Assembly: GCF_009914755.1 (NCBI RefSeq)
Contig: NC_060927.1
Reading direction: 5' to 3' (one strand)
Length of the DNA stretch: 64,000 nt
Source of the DNA: the human T2T-CHM13v2.0 reference genome, Homo sapiens
Below the pieces are notes generated by a model. That model ran no database searches and was not told the origin of the DNA. It worked only from the letters and a program-made list of their open reading frames with translations. Position 1 is the first letter of the stretch; each line of letters begins with the position of its first letter. Positions 33,910 through 53,176 of the stretch are shown one piece after another. The translations under genes and the position numbers were made by a program.

Positions 33910-34484
33910 TATATTGTATTACTAGTAGAATTAGTTTATTTGCTTTACAGTCACATAACAAGGATCATTAAAAAACCCATCCTTTTTACCACTTGGAACC
34001 AAACATCATGAACTTCAATGAATTAGGGTTTGATAGTTCTCTTTAAAGACAGGACTGTAACTCTAACTCGACAGGTCAGTCCCTTTTAAGTGAATCTACC
34101 CTGCCACAGATACTACAGAAGAGGCAGCCCTATGCAGTTGAGTCAGTCTAGTATAGTGGCTTTTGAGGCAGAAAGACCTGAATGTAAATCCCAACCAATT
34201 ACAGAAAGAAAGAGGCCAATCCATAGATTGGGCCCACGGGAAATTACAGCAGATCCAAGTTAAGAATAAACAGAAACTAAAGAAGCAGAGATAAAGAGTA
34301 ACTCACTTGGTAAATGGACCAAAAGAAACTCACACTGGAGAACAGCTAAATAACATAAATGCCAGTAAGGACCACATTCCTGCTGCTGAAAACCCTGAAG
34401 CTACATTTGAGCCTTCTGTAGTTACGTTACTTATCTTTTAATTCCTTTTCTTTTCTTTCCTTTTTTTTTTTTTTTTTTTTTTAA

Positions 34485-34613
<129 letters not shown>

Positions 34614-35739
34614 TAACTAACTTGGTTCTCCTGCTTCAGTTATGTTCTGGTGAAATTCTGTCTTCTTAATTCCATGACCTACACATCACACTCCCCCAGC
34701 ACTCCATTTAACGTGGCTTAGCCCAAAGAAGTTGGAAAATTGTGTGTGAGAGAATGTAAGATTCAAGCATCCATGAGCGTGGGAGTTGCTAGACAAAAAC
34801 TAAGGTCCTTTCCAGCCCCAAAAGGCCACGATTCTAACCTGTGAACCTACTCAATATTTCCTTCAAGGTAACACAAATCCCTAAAATTTACCACCACCAA
34901 GCAGTAGTTCCTTTTATGGTCCTAAATAAGATCCTTTATCCAGGAATGCCCTAGGTTCCTATATTCTGAGATTTCACAAACATCCTCATTTTAGCTTCTG
35001 ACTACCAATTTCAATGGTAACTTTTCTTAAGCCTTATTTTCAGAAAGTAGAGTCCTTCTATTTTTAGTATCTTGCAACGCCCAAGCCCCCGTGCACTTCT
35101 AACCCACTACAGATACTGTACTGCAACATTTTCTCCGTGCATAAACGCCTACCTTTCTTTTTTTAAAGGCTAGTATATTGTTCCATTATACAAACGTACC
35201 GTAATTAATATTTCACCAGCTCTTACTAATGGACTTCCGGTCGTTTCCAATTATATTATAAATATTACATACAATGCTCAGGTCAACAACTTTTTACATG
35301 TGTATCTTTAGCGTATGCAAGAGCAACTAAATTACCACTGGGTCATTTCAAGTTGCTCCTCTTTGAACTGTTTTGAGCTTAGATCTATCTCTGAACAGGA
35401 ACAAAAACTAGAAAGCACCCAAAACTCTGGTTGCAGATGCAGAAATACAGTGTGGCACAATGCTAATGGGGGAAATGGTCTCTTCTTTGACGGATCGCCT
35501 ATTAGCTTGAGACTAGATCTTAAAGGGTTCCCAAAGCAAGAAAATACACTGTAATTATCGAAGAATTTTAGATACCTCAGAGATGAGGTTAAGAAATAGT
35601 AAAAGCTTAACAGTCGAAGATCTGAAGCTTCAATTTCATTCTTTGATGTTCCCGATTACAGAAAGTTCAAAGATGATGTTTAAAAATATTATATATGCCC
35701 AAATGCTTAAAAAAAAAAAAGGAAGCATGATAAACGTCA

Positions 35740-36660
35740 TCGCCCAGCCTTCTTAAAGATCGCTCCCACCCGCGGCTAGCCGGGCAGGAGAAGAGACTCG
35801 AGCGGCACCCGAGCCGCATCCACGCCGCCCGCCCGCCCCTGGGGTCTGGGTAGGTAACGGGCCCGGCGGGAAGGAGGGGCTCCCAGGCCGTCCCTCCCAG
35901 CGCTCACCTCAGCTCCTCGTCGACATTCCCGCGGGGCTGTTCGGCCGACGCCACCATAGAGGAAGTCGTAGAGGTCTTGTTCTTCAAGATCCCCTTGATG
36001 GGCCGGTGCGAGGCCGTCGAGGCCGCCATTGCCGGGCGCTCCGGCTGTCGGCTCAGGGTCGCTGCTTGGCGTGGGGTCCGCGAAGAGAAGGGTCGGCACA
36101 GCAGAGACTCGCAGGCAGCCGCAGATCCCGCTCAGGGCTAAAGCGGCCGCAACTGCTGCCTCGGAAACGGCTACCGCAGCGGTTGTCACGACACAACGAC
36201 CCCGACGCCAGAGCCAACGCCGAACGGGTGGCGGCTACTCGCGCACCCTTAGCCACTGGCACTTGACCCGCGGCTCGCGGAGAGACGCCGGCCTAGAGCT
36301 CCAGCGCAGGAGCGACGCGACGCCGAAGCCAAGCGGACCCGCCCTCTCGCGATATCTAGGGAGGAGGCGGGGAGAGGGCGGGGCGAGAACAAAGCCGACC
36401 TCCTCGCCCCGCCCCCTCCGTCCCGCCCGGGCTGCTCGCCCCGCCCCCGCGCGGCGCTGGGAGGCGGGAGCTGTCTCTGAGAACCTGCGGGAGAGCGCCC
36501 GGGCTTGCTGCTTCCCGGACCCGCGCGTCTCTCGAGCACCCTCGTCCCACCACCTTGTGAGGCCGTAGTGTTATTTTTATTTTTTAGATCAGCAGACTGA
36601 GACTCGAGGTGACGTCACTCCGCAGAGAGGTTAGCTGACTTGAAGAAAACGGGTATCTCC
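35740..36660. promoter_or_regulatory. PPP1R2: CpG-island promoter, 5'UTR and exon 1 of PPP1R2
   Basis: Very high GC and CpG density. GC boxes at 36376-36383, 36407-36415 and 36439-36447, a CGCG element TCTCGCGATA at 36345-36354, and a palindromic CRE GTGACGTCAC at 36609-36618. No upstream ATG on the minus strand in 36030-36270. Confidence 0.9.
35908..36029 (-). CDS. PPP1R2: Protein phosphatase 1 regulatory inhibitor subunit 2 (inhibitor-2), coding exon 1
   Basis: ATG at 36029 reads MAASTASHRPIKGILKNKTSTTSSMVASAEQPRGNVDEEL (contains the GILK PP1-docking motif). Ends AG|GTGAGC at the donor (35907). 122 nt. Confidence 0.98.
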
Positions 36661-38462
36661 TCTTTCCATTTCGCCCGTGTAAACAGCCGAACTGCCTATT
36701 ATAAAAGCATGGACTGCCAGCATTGGAGTGGTCCTTAGAGGCCTATTATGAAATCATAGAATGTCTGCATTGGAATCGCCTCACCTCCTTTTACCGCTGG
36801 AGAAGCCGACGGACAGACGGGCAGCGACCCCCGCCGTCGCACAACCCGTCTAGGCAGAGAGCGCAGGAGACGGGAGGGCGGCAGGGACACATCTCCCAGC
36901 CAAGGACCTCCTGGGCCCGCAGAGGCCGCGACAGGTTCCCCCCACAGAGGGAACCAACTCTGCCGCAGGTTGATGTGGACTTCAAGCCTGCAGAACGGAG
37001 AGCCCATTTCCATTGCTTAAAGCCACCTCGTGTGTGGTATTTGTTATGGCCCCTGTACACTCCCTTCCCTCCCTCTCCCAAGTCCAGTCCGCAGCTCGCT
37101 CATCACCAGGCTCTTTTCCATGACTCTTTCTTGATCAGGCCTTTTTATCGTCCTCACCACAGGTTAGAGCACAGCAGACTGAGCCACCCAGAACTGGCCC
37201 CTCCGGTGGACCAGCCCCTGCGGATTCACAGACCACTGGTCCTGGAAGGGACCTTGTCAAGCAGGCCCATAAGGTGGCTATTCAGCCTGTTTCTCCAACA
37301 ACCCCAGGGGCTAGAAGCCCGCCACACCCCCGTGTAACTCATTTTGTTTTTGGACAGCTCTGACTCTGGGAGTTCTTAGATTGAGCTGACACCTCGCTCC
37401 CAGCAATGTCTGTCCACTGCTGTGGGGGGTGAGAGGAAGCGTTTTCCCCTATCTAGCCCCTATAGCAGCAGTTTCACTCCCATGGCTCATCTCTGGACCA
37501 CAGTCTCATCTTCTTTAACACAGGCTCTGTGCCTTTTGAGGATGACCCTGTTCTGTGTCCTTAGGACTCTGCCCCTCAGGGATGACTGTAGGGTTCTGAA
37601 AACGATTGTTTTTATCGTCTGGCCCCGAGCCCCTAGCTCCTAGATGAGTTCCTGGCACAGAACAGGGCCTCAGTATGGGAATGGATGTGGATGGAGATAA
37701 TGGAGGGGAAGTGAGCTGGAAGGGGAGAAGGGAAACAGGGTTGCTGGTCACAGAGTGGAATGTGTTCCCCAGGGATTTGCCTCAGCCAGGGGCCTGCACA
37801 GTCACTGTTGGCACTGTCCCCACCTTTGTTCCCAGTCAAATATCCACTGGTGCCGTCTCTCCCTCCCAGGCCAGGACTGCTCAGTGGATCTAACATTACA
37901 CCCTGACAGCCCTGTCCAGCCCATGGAGCAGAGAGAGAGGGTTCTCAGCGAGGGGAAGCAGGATGGCCACCTCCCTTCCCTTCCTGAGTTCTTTCCACCC
38001 CAGTGTTCAACACCTGTGTTGCGTCTCCTGCCCTGTCAGCAGGAGTCTAGGTCAGTGATGGCAATCCTGTTTTCAAGGGAATACACAAACTTCCCTGTAT
38101 GTTCCAAATTATTGGGCAGATTTGCTTTGTTCCTGCTTGGGCTGGGAAGCATCACTGAGTTCAGCATCCCTGAACTCAACTGTGACTGGGCCCTTGATTA
38201 AGCAACAGCTTGCTTTCAGACCCTCTAATGAAAGGGACTACGATCGTATGACATAAAGTGTTTTATTAGTTAATTAACTAACAAACATTGGAACAGGAGG
38301 TGATGAAGAGTTCTCTGAAGAACCTTGGAAACATATTTCCCTCATCAAGAGTTAAACTTTTGTCTCCTGTACTGGTTCTTCCACTCCCAAACCCACAACA
38401 AATGAATGCAGATGAAGATGACTTTGGTAGCACTTAAAAAAAAATAGTTTGTAAAATTGTGA

Positions 38463-38801
<339 letters not shown>

Positions 38802-40529
38802 TAGTTGAACTACTTTATTCCTCAGTGTGGCCCAAATAAGATTTTCAAATGCCTCTAAACAGAGCTCTCCTTCTGTGCCTCTGCTGAGGTTTGCTCCTGT
38901 AGGAAGTTATCTGGACCAAACAGCCCGAGCACTGAATTTAGCTGTATTGCTGTTACATTTCCTGTGTGTTGAGGGTTTGGCTGCCAGGAGGTGAATTGTA
39001 GATAGAATCTTTCATTCTGGTTTCAGTTTCTGGAAGTAGCTATTGAGCTCAAGGCAAATCATATATTTAAAGATATATACATGATTTAAGGATAATCTGG
39101 CATTTATCTCTGCTCTCTTTTTGAAGACTTCATTATCATGGTTGCCTGACCCAACACAACATATTTGGAGGAGGAGAGGGGACACTTTTATTGTACCCCA
39201 TCACGTGGCTGAGTCATTTGGCTCTCCATTCACTGGAACAGACGACTATGGACACCACCATTGGGTTTCCCACCAAGGACAGAGTTCCAAAGCAACAGTG
39301 GCTTCCATGGTTGGCTCACCCAGCCTGCCTGAGTCATCAGCTAGGTCCACAGAGTAGAGAAGTGGGTAGTGCCCCCGCCTAACATCTGGAAAAATTCCCA
39401 AAAGTTGTGACTTCATGACCACTGAGTCAGCAGCAACTCTTTTCTTGCCAAGAATAGCACATTGTTCTTTTCCTTTTCAGGTAATCCCTGAAAGAGAATT
39501 CCCCGGAAAGAGAAGATCACAGATTTTGTCATATTAAATACATTGTAGAAATTCATGGTAGCAGAGGCAAGATCATTTAAACAAAACAGAAAGTTTCAGA
39601 GAGAGAAAAAGCCAAGGACAAAGATTAATCATTTTTCTGCTTAAAAAAAAATGGCTTTGATTTGCAACCATGGAATGCTCCACTGTTTCTCTTCTCTTCA
39701 AAGACATCTACTGAAAGGATTCCTTAACCTTACCAAGTGGCCAAAATACTTTTCTGAGAAGAGTCACAGAGCATAGGCCCCCCTAGGGTACACAGAGATT
39801 TCATTAGTCCCTAGATGTTTCCTGATCCTTTTAAAAACTGGTTAAATTCAGAGACTCTAGGCAATTACTTCTTTCAGAACCTGTGAGGCAAAAACGAAAG
39901 AAGAAGGCAGGACACGCAGTGTAACAAACCTTGGAATGGTAAGTAGGAAATATGAGTTAGTTTTTTGGCTAAGCTATGAATTTACCTTGTGCCTGCCAGA
40001 AATCACTCAGTCTTTTGTGACTGTAAATTTTCTGTAAGTGTTAATTGGTTTGGTTTATTATTGCAAGAAGCAAGGGAGCAATGTTGTGTATTATAATTTC
40101 ATTGTGTCAATTTTGCCAAATTATCTTGCATTTTGTTATTCTATGAACTCATAATGGGATAAGGAGTATAGGCTTTGATTCAGAACATATGTGATGTTGC
40201 TATAAATGCTTCATGGAAAACCCTAAATATATTTTGAAGCCTACATAGTCAAAAGTCACCATTGGAAGACTTTTTTACTTTACTATTGTATTTATGCTCG
40301 TTAGCACTCATTCTTGTTTGAAACGTCTCAAATGCGTAATTTTATTATTTTATTTGTTGTCTCCAGATTGGTCTGAGGACTCCGCTTTCTTCACTGCCCA
40401 TTCATCTTCATACTGTTCTCATATTTTTTTTTAAATTGGGATATGCAATGATCCTTAGTTTATAAATTCAACTCCACTTTGCCACACACAGTGTTACGCT
40501 TGGGGAAACAATTAGAACTTGCCCTTCTT

Positions 40530-40826
40530 GGCCAGGCGCGGTGGCTCCCGCCTGTGATCCCAGCACTTTGGGAGGCCAAGGTGGGCAGATCACGAGGTCA
40601 AGAGATGGAGACCATCCTGGCCAACATGGTGAAACCCCGTCTCTACTAAAAATACAAAAATTAGCTGGGCATGGTGGCGCGCGCCTGTAGTCCCAGCTAT
40701 TTGGGAGGCTGAGGCAGGAGAATCGCTTGAACCCGGGAGGCAGTGGTTGCAGTGAGATTGCGCCGCTGCACTCCAGCCTGGTGACAGAGCAAGACTCCAT
40801 CTCAAAAAAAAAAAAAAAAAAAAAAA
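40530..40826 (+). mobile_element. AluSc-like element
   Basis: Diagnostic GAGGTCAAGAGAT and a TSD AGAACTTGCCCYTCTT. Confidence 0.9.
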
Positions 40827-41345
40827 GAACTTGCCCCTCTTTTTTTTTTTTTGCTCAAGGAACTCAGTCTGCCGTGGTTGCTCATTGTCTAGGATGAAGT
40901 CCAAATCCCTTGGGCCTTCACAATCCAGCCCTGTCTGTTCTTCTAGTCTCCTTCTCTTTTTACATCCACTTGCTTTCTGCTATGTTCTTCACACTAGTCA
41001 CACTGCCCTTCTCAGGGTGTCAGAGCAACCTATATTCTGTCCCTTTTTCATGCCTTTACTAATCTATGTGAAATACCATCCCCTATTCTTGCTTTTAAAT
41101 TACCCCAGTTCAAAGGTCATCTCCTTCTCCGACTCCACGCAGGCCGAGTTAGTGTTCACCTTCACTGAGATCCTAAGGAGCTGTTTGCATTCCTCTATCT
41201 CATTGTATCATCATTGTCTAAGTGTCCGTCCCTCTGCTGTGGCCTCTTTGGGAGCAGGTGCATGTCTTCCTCCTCTTTCTCCCCTGACAGCATAACTTAA
41301 TGAATACAGTGTCTGCCGTAAGAGGCCCTCGATACATGTTGGTTA

Positions 41346-42006
41346 TGTAAATCAAAGAAAATGACCAAGGCGAGTCTCGATGATTTGGGTTTATTTGCCA
41401 AGGTTAAGGATGCACTCAGGAAAGAACACAGATCCACAGGAAGAACTGTGCTCCATGCTTTTTCCAAAGAGGGTCTGGGGACCTCAATATTTAAAGGGAA
41501 AAGAATGAATATTGGAGAAAGAGAAAGAAAGTTTTTTTTTACAAAGGGTGTGGGTGGATAAGAGGCAAGCAGTTGCATTCTTTTGAGTCTTTGATCAGCC
41601 ATTTACATGTGAGAGGGTGGTAGAGGTACAGTCACTTACACATTCAATGAATCTGCATTTTTTACATAACATAAACATAGGGCAGAGGAAGCAATCAGAT
41701 ATGCCTTTGTCTCAGGTAAGCAGAGGGATGTCTTTGATTTCTGTCCTTTGCCCCATACCTGCAAAGATAAGCTATCAGTATACATTGCCAGGGTGAGATT
41801 CAACAGAACTGTTTTAGAGTAAAGATCTGGGAGCCCACAGGAATTACCCTGTGGGCAAATTGTGAGGGAGGTCTGTAGCTTTATTATCTTGTAGCTATCT
41901 ATTTAGGAACAAAATGGGAGGCAGGTTTGCAAGACCCAGTTCCCAGCTGGACTTTTCCCCTTTGGCTTAGTGAGTTTAGGGTCCCAAGATTTATTTTCCT
42001 TTCACA
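41346..42006 (-). mobile_element. MER4A-like ERV1 solo LTR
   Basis: The reverse strand starts TGTGAAAGGAAAATAAATCTTGGGACCC. 661 bp with TG...CA termini and flanks GTTA / GTTG. Confidence 0.85.
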
Positions 42007-42344
42007 GTTGAATCAGGGAATAAATGAGTTAACTGTTCCTAAATTCGACCTCCCCAATAATGGTGTCCATAACAACATCAATTTCTTGGAAAGCAATCTG
42101 ACTATATATCTTGTTCTGCATGGCTAAGGAAGGCATTAGCAGCTATAATGCTGGAAAGGAAATAATAGAAATAAGAAAGACTGCTGAGTCAATAGAGAAT
42201 GCATTACAAAGAGGAAATTGTCCTGTCACCAGTCAGAAATCTTAATTGAGGTCTGTTATGTGCCAGGTCCTTTTCTAGGTATTGTCTATTGCTTAGTTTA
42301 TTGCAGAAATAAACTACAGCAGGTACTGTATTTCCTCTTTTCAT

Positions 42345-43021
<677 letters not shown>

Positions 43022-44087
43022 TTATTAGATACGCACATACACACACAAGTCCACCCCTCATTTCATGTGTCTCTCCCAGCTCTGGCTCTGGGCTCCAGGA
43101 GAACGCTGTTGCTGTTTTCACAAAGGCATAGCTTCCTGTGTTCATCAAGTGTACCTGTGTTATCAGGTGTTTTTATCAAGTGGTTCTCTAGACAGGACTC
43201 AAGACCCTCTTTGCGCTCCCGTGGCTGAGGCAGGTGGGGGGAATCCCTTAGTAGGAACCACAAGGCTCTCACAGGATAAACTGCTGTCTCGTTGGTTTCT
43301 CCCCCAAGGACTTCGCCAGACTTCATCAGAAGAAAGCAGTGCAAGAGGGGACTGCAGAGGAAAGCTGGGGCTTGGGAAACCAGCAGCAGGGGCCACGTGG
43401 GCAGGTGGTTTCTGTGTGAACCTCTGATCTGTGCAACATAAACAGGAAATGTTGAAGGCTTCCAGTGCTCTTTTTTGATGTCGAGAACATTCTACGGCAC
43501 AAAAGAGTTTGCCTCTCACTGTTTCTCATATATGGAGGTTTTCTAATCAGCATCCTGAACAGAATTGAATTAAAAATAAAAACCAAAGTAAAACTAGCTT
43601 TATCTCTAGATTTTAAAATTTTCATTTTTTTTAGGGTGGCACCTATACTGTTACCTTGTAGGTACCAACTAGAATATTCTTTCTAACTGCCTGTCATTCA
43701 TGGTTTACCTACTTGGAAGCTTAACCCTGTCCAAGACTGGACCCTAGTCAACACAAATTTTATCTTAATTTTATGAAGGTCTTTCCCACCCCTAATATTC
43801 TGGCATTCTTAAATATGCTGCTCAGCTGTGCTTGTCAAAGGCAATTGCGTTTGCTACATTTCAGAAGAGAGTCCAGACAGAGCCCATTTGGCTCTGTGCT
43901 AGGAACGGCTGCAGTGCAAGACTGTGGAGCTCTGTGGCTGACCACAGCTGAAACTCACTTTGATCTTGCTAGATGCCGCCAAGTTGGAAAAAATTAACTA
44001 AGACTGCAGGGTCAAAGAGAACGCATAAAAGCATTAACTGCTTTTGTTTCATGTTTCCTCTCCCTCCATAGAGAGACAGAGAAATTA

Positions 44088-44437
<350 letters not shown>

Positions 44438-45562
44438 TCAAGTCTGCAGGCTTATTAAATGTGACAGTATGCTTCTTGAAGGATTAGAAATAAAATACAA
44501 TTAAGTCAATGCTGTAATAGCTCTAAGCAGAACCAAGCACAGTGTCTTTTCCTCCCCCTCACAAGTACTGAACTCTTCTTTCAATCTTTTCAGCTCTGGG
44601 ACTAGGCCAAGCCCTTCCCTCCTGGGACAGCTGCTTTAGGAGCCAACCAAGCAAGCCCAGCCAGTTCTCAGGGAGTATAATGGCATGGCAGACAAGTCCT
44701 TTCTCACCCAAGGCCAGTCTGCTCACCAGGCCTCCCATCCCTGTCACCCTCGGGCCCCTGAACGTGCAGCCTCTTTCCCCACTGTCATCTTCCAGCCTCT
44801 CGTGTAGCTTCTCCTCGGCAGCCCTGCCTGCTGGGCATGCCAGCCTCCATTCCTCACAAACTGCTTATGTGCAGGGTGATACTCAGGATATTTGAGAACC
44901 AAAATGGTGTGGGCAGGCCCCAACCAAGCAGGAAGGAAAATGGCTATCATGCAGGCATGGCTCCATGTAATTCAGAGAAGCCTCTGCTACCGGGTGTTAC
45001 CCCTTTAGTTTTCGGGCTCACTGGGGAGCCCCAGGGGTGGTCACGAGATGGGGAACATTCTGGAGACTTAAAAAAGAGTGGCCGTGCACAGAGTAGAACT
45101 GCTGTGTGTTGGTACACATCCGCCTGTCACATCAGCCTGTCTGAGACCCCAGATACCTTCCCAGAATGTTGCCTGCACTCCTCACCTTAACAGAAGGCTG
45201 GGTTTTCTGTCCCAGGCAACTCACAAATAGTGGCCGGCAGTTCTGTGCCATGGAGCCCAGCGCTGGGCAGGAGTTAGGATTCTGCTTGACTCCCAAGACG
45301 GCTGCTGCTGTTATCATCATTCCCTCCATTCTGACCCATGGCCCAGGGTAAAAATTTCTTGAGGCTCATGTCAATGACATCCCCCTGTGTGTGCCTTCCA
45401 GTGGCTGCCATCTAGTAAGCTCTTGCTGATCTCTAAATGGCATCAAGAACTTTGGTCCATATTTTTTCTCATTTAAGAAATATTTCTTAAGCATTCACTG
45501 TGCCAGACAACTTGCTGTATGTCCAGAGATGTATAAAACATGATTCTTGTCCTTAAAGGTAA

Positions 45563-45866
<304 letters not shown>

Positions 45867-45983
45867 TGTAAGCTCATAGTTTAATAAGGAAATATAAAAC
45901 AAAGAATGACCAGACTAGGTGGTAAATGCCTAAGTGGACACAGTGTTTACAAACATAGAAACATGGACACGTGGAAATGATGA

Positions 45984-46400
45984 TGTACTGGTTTCCTGTG
46001 GCTTAAAACAACAGAAATGTATATTCTCCCACAGTTCTGGAGGCTAGACATCTGAAATCAAGGTGTCAGCAGGGCCATCCTCCCTCTGAGACTCCAGGTA
46101 GGATCTTTTCCTGCCTTCTCCTAGCTTCCAGTCCTGGTCAGCGATCCTCAGCGCTCCCTGCTCTCTGCTGCATCACTCCAGTCTCTGCTGTCGGCCTGTG
46201 TTCTCCCATGTGTTTCTGTCTTCATGTGGTATCTTCCTTTTCTTATGAGGATATTAGTCGTATTGTATTAGGGCCTACCCTAATGAGCTCATCTTAATTC
46301 AATATGCAAAGACCCTATTTCCAAATAAGGTCACATTCCCAGGTACTGGGAGTTAGGACCTCAACATATCTTTTTGGGGGACACAGTTCAACCCATAACA
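45984..46400 (-). mobile_element. MLT1C-like MaLR LTR
   Basis: GGCTTAAAACAACAGAAAT...CACAGTTCTGGAGGCTAG...CCAAATAAGGTCACATTC...TTCAACCCATAACA. Confidence 0.8.
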
Positions 46401-46794
46401 GTGGGATAGTCAGGAGAGCAGGGGAAGGACCAGAGAAGGCTGGCCAGACAGGCTCGGCGAGCTGGTAAACAGGAGTCAGCAGGGCAGGGAGAATGGTGTT
46501 GTGTTGTCTGGAATGATGTATATAAACAGACTGGGGCCCGAGAGGGTGACACCTTTGGAAACTGTAAGGTGTTCAGTCTGACAGGCATAAAGGATCTATG
46601 CTCGGTAGTGGCAAAAGATAATCCTACAAGTTAGCAGGAGCCAAGTCATGAATCTCATCGTCTCCCCACACGAACGTGCCTGCACTCCTTTACTCCCCTT
46701 TTCTGGCTGACAGTAATCAGTCATCTCAAACCCCTACTTCCCCCTCACTTCCCACACGCAGTTGATCCCTCAGATCACTTGATTCTGCCTCCTA

Positions 46795-48146
<1,352 letters not shown>

Positions 48147-48627
48147 AATAATAATAATAAGAAGAAAATAAAAATCTCCTAAATCTGCCTTCGCCTTTCT
48201 ACTTCCACTTTCTAGTTCAGGCCCTCGTCATGACACAGTGGAGCACTGGCCATCTCACAGGTCCTCCTGCTGTCAGGCCCGTGCATCCCCTCTCCATTCC
48301 CCTCTGCTGCTAGAGCCATCACTCAGTGCTGCGGACGGTACCCCTCCCAGGGCAGGAGGTAGGTGGATCCCCATAGCGTCATGAATGACTCTGCTTTAGT
48401 CAGCTGCCTGGGCTTTACCAGCCCCTTCCTCATCAGATCCTGGCATTCTCTGTAGCCAACCTGAAGACAGAGCATTTGCTTTTAGAGAACTCCAGCCTCG
48501 ATTTGTTCTTTAGTGACTTTTTTCCTACCGTGAATTAACAAGTTGGTATTTGGATTTCATTTTTAAGATGTAAGTTAAATTGTTTCCTAGAATTGAGTCC
48601 TTGAATCAATTCACCTTCAGATTGTAA

Positions 48628-51303
<2,676 letters not shown>

Positions 51304-52529
51304 TTAGTTAACAAAGAGGTTTGAGAACTAGGAAAGATTCTCTAAGGTTATTCTTTGATAAATCACTCGTTTTCACAGAGTTACTGCTTACTGTGGGTAA
51401 TTTGTTTGCTGTTGGTTGACAATGAACCTACTTAGGAGAAGATATGATCCTTCAGGACTTTTATTTGTTCGAAATGAAAAAATTATTTCTCCTTTCAATA
51501 ACAGACAGTGGTGCTTTTCTGTTATAATTCAAAACAGGTTTCGGAACACATGTCATTTTCAGGGAGAAGGAAAGGATGAATGAATGAGCTGGAGTACACT
51601 TTCTAGAACATATAAAGGGGATATGGGAACTGGATGCAGGTAAATCTTTCATGCTTATTAAGAACATTTTAATGTTTCTCAGTTGATGTATGAAGTACTT
51701 GTATTCGGCATTTGCTTCTTCAATCACAAGGAGGCAGCATAGTCTCATGGGAGGAGGGGAAGTGAGTCTATTCAAAACACCTGTTCTTCCTGCTGCCTGT
51801 GCTGTTCTTGTCCAGAAGGCCCCTTGGAGCTGGGAGTGTCTCATGGAGTCATTCAGTTCCCTGCTTCCTGGTAGAGTTGCCCCTTAACCATATGAAACAA
51901 TATCTCCCACATGCTAAAAATAGCCAGGGTCTGAGTCCAGGACTTTCATGTTGACGGTCTCATGTACCTGGTGGCCCTGGGAGCGGGATGTCCTCATCTC
52001 ACTCATCTCTGTTACTGTGAGTCCTACCAAGCCTGGCCAAAGTTGCCTCCTTAATAATTAGTCCTTGAATAGAATCCCCTAGGTAGTGGTTATTGACTTG
52101 CAAAATATAACACTGACTTTATACCATGTTTTTTTGTCTCATGGGGACAAAAACACTTCTCTCATAGAATATGTTTTGTTTGTGGGGAAATGAACAAAAT
52201 GAGGTAAAAAACCCCAATCATCCTATGAGTAAGTTATTTTTCTGATAGAAGACAGGGTCCAAGTTCAAGTTATAAGTGTAACTAGCCACATAGTTTCACT
52301 TAAGTCATTTCATTTTGCTGGGCTTCAGTCTCCCCATTTGGAAAATGAATGAATGTGCCTATGATATTCCAGTGTAAGTTGTGGGAACATGCCAGATATA
52401 GCAAACTGGGAAGCAATTGTAGCCAGATATGTTGAGGCACATGAATATAAGACATTTTTATCTGGGTCCTGTTTTCCCTTCTGTGACTGATTCTTTCTGG
52501 GCCCTGGGACATTTATATTCAGCCTCTGC

Positions 52530-52870
52530 ATTTGTACATTCATTTGTTCATTCACCCACTCATTTATTCAATAAATATTTATTGAGTACTTAAATATGTG
52601 CCAGGAACTGTTCTAGGTCTCAGGATATAAGAGGGTACCAAAAAAGCAGGATCTTTTTTTTTTTTTTCAGAGAGCCTACCTTCCAGTGGGAGAGATGGAC
52701 CACAAATACATAAGCAAATACATATACAAAATCATTGCAGATTATGAAAAATGGTAAGAAAGAGATAAAAAGTGTGACCGGATGGAAGGTAACTGGGGCA
52801 ATCACTTTTAGGCAGATGCCTCTGAGATGCCATCTGAGCTGAGACTTGACAGATGAAGTGCCAACAATCT
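52530..52870 (-). mobile_element. L2a 3' end
   Basis: CATTCATTTGTTCATTCA...ATTCAATAAATATTTATTGAGTAC...ATGTGCCAGGAACTGTTCTAGG. Confidence 0.75.
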
Positions 52871-53090
52871 CAGCCTCTAAGCCTGCCAAGCTTGAGATGT
52901 TATTTGTATTAGTAATTTGCAGGTGCAAATGACCCACCTAGACTGTTTCTAGTGCACAGTATGCTTTGTTGACAAAATGCCCTGAAGCAAAATGCCACAG
53001 ATGTCAGCTTCAGTTTTGTGGATTTTCATAGCATCTTCCCGTAAGGTTGGTCATTGTCGTTCCCAACCACTCCCCGGTTTGGGGGAAAGG

Positions 53091-53176
53091 ACACAGGGTG
53101 TCCTCTGACTCTGGTGCACACAGGGTGTCCTCTGACTCTGGTGCACACAGGGTGTCCTCTGACTCTGGTGCACACA
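53091..53176. repeat. 27-bp minisatellite, 3.2 perfect copies
   Basis: Unit ACACAGGGTGTCCTCTGACTCTGGTGC starts at 53091, 53118 and 53145, followed by ACACA. Confidence 0.97.

Noticed and set aside
35776-36568. Overlapping long ORFs on both strands across the CpG island (137, 179 and 96 aa)
   Set aside because: Stop codons are depleted in GC-rich DNA and the starts are near-cognate. Only the frame from ATG 36029 splices into PPP1R2.
36723-37337. 204-aa ORF as a protein-coding gene
   Set aside because: TTG start, no internal Met and no recognisable domain. Kept only as part of the divergent-promoter finding.
53091-53176. CRISPR-like direct repeats
   Set aside because: The units are contiguous with no spacers, in mammalian DNA; this is a minisatellite.
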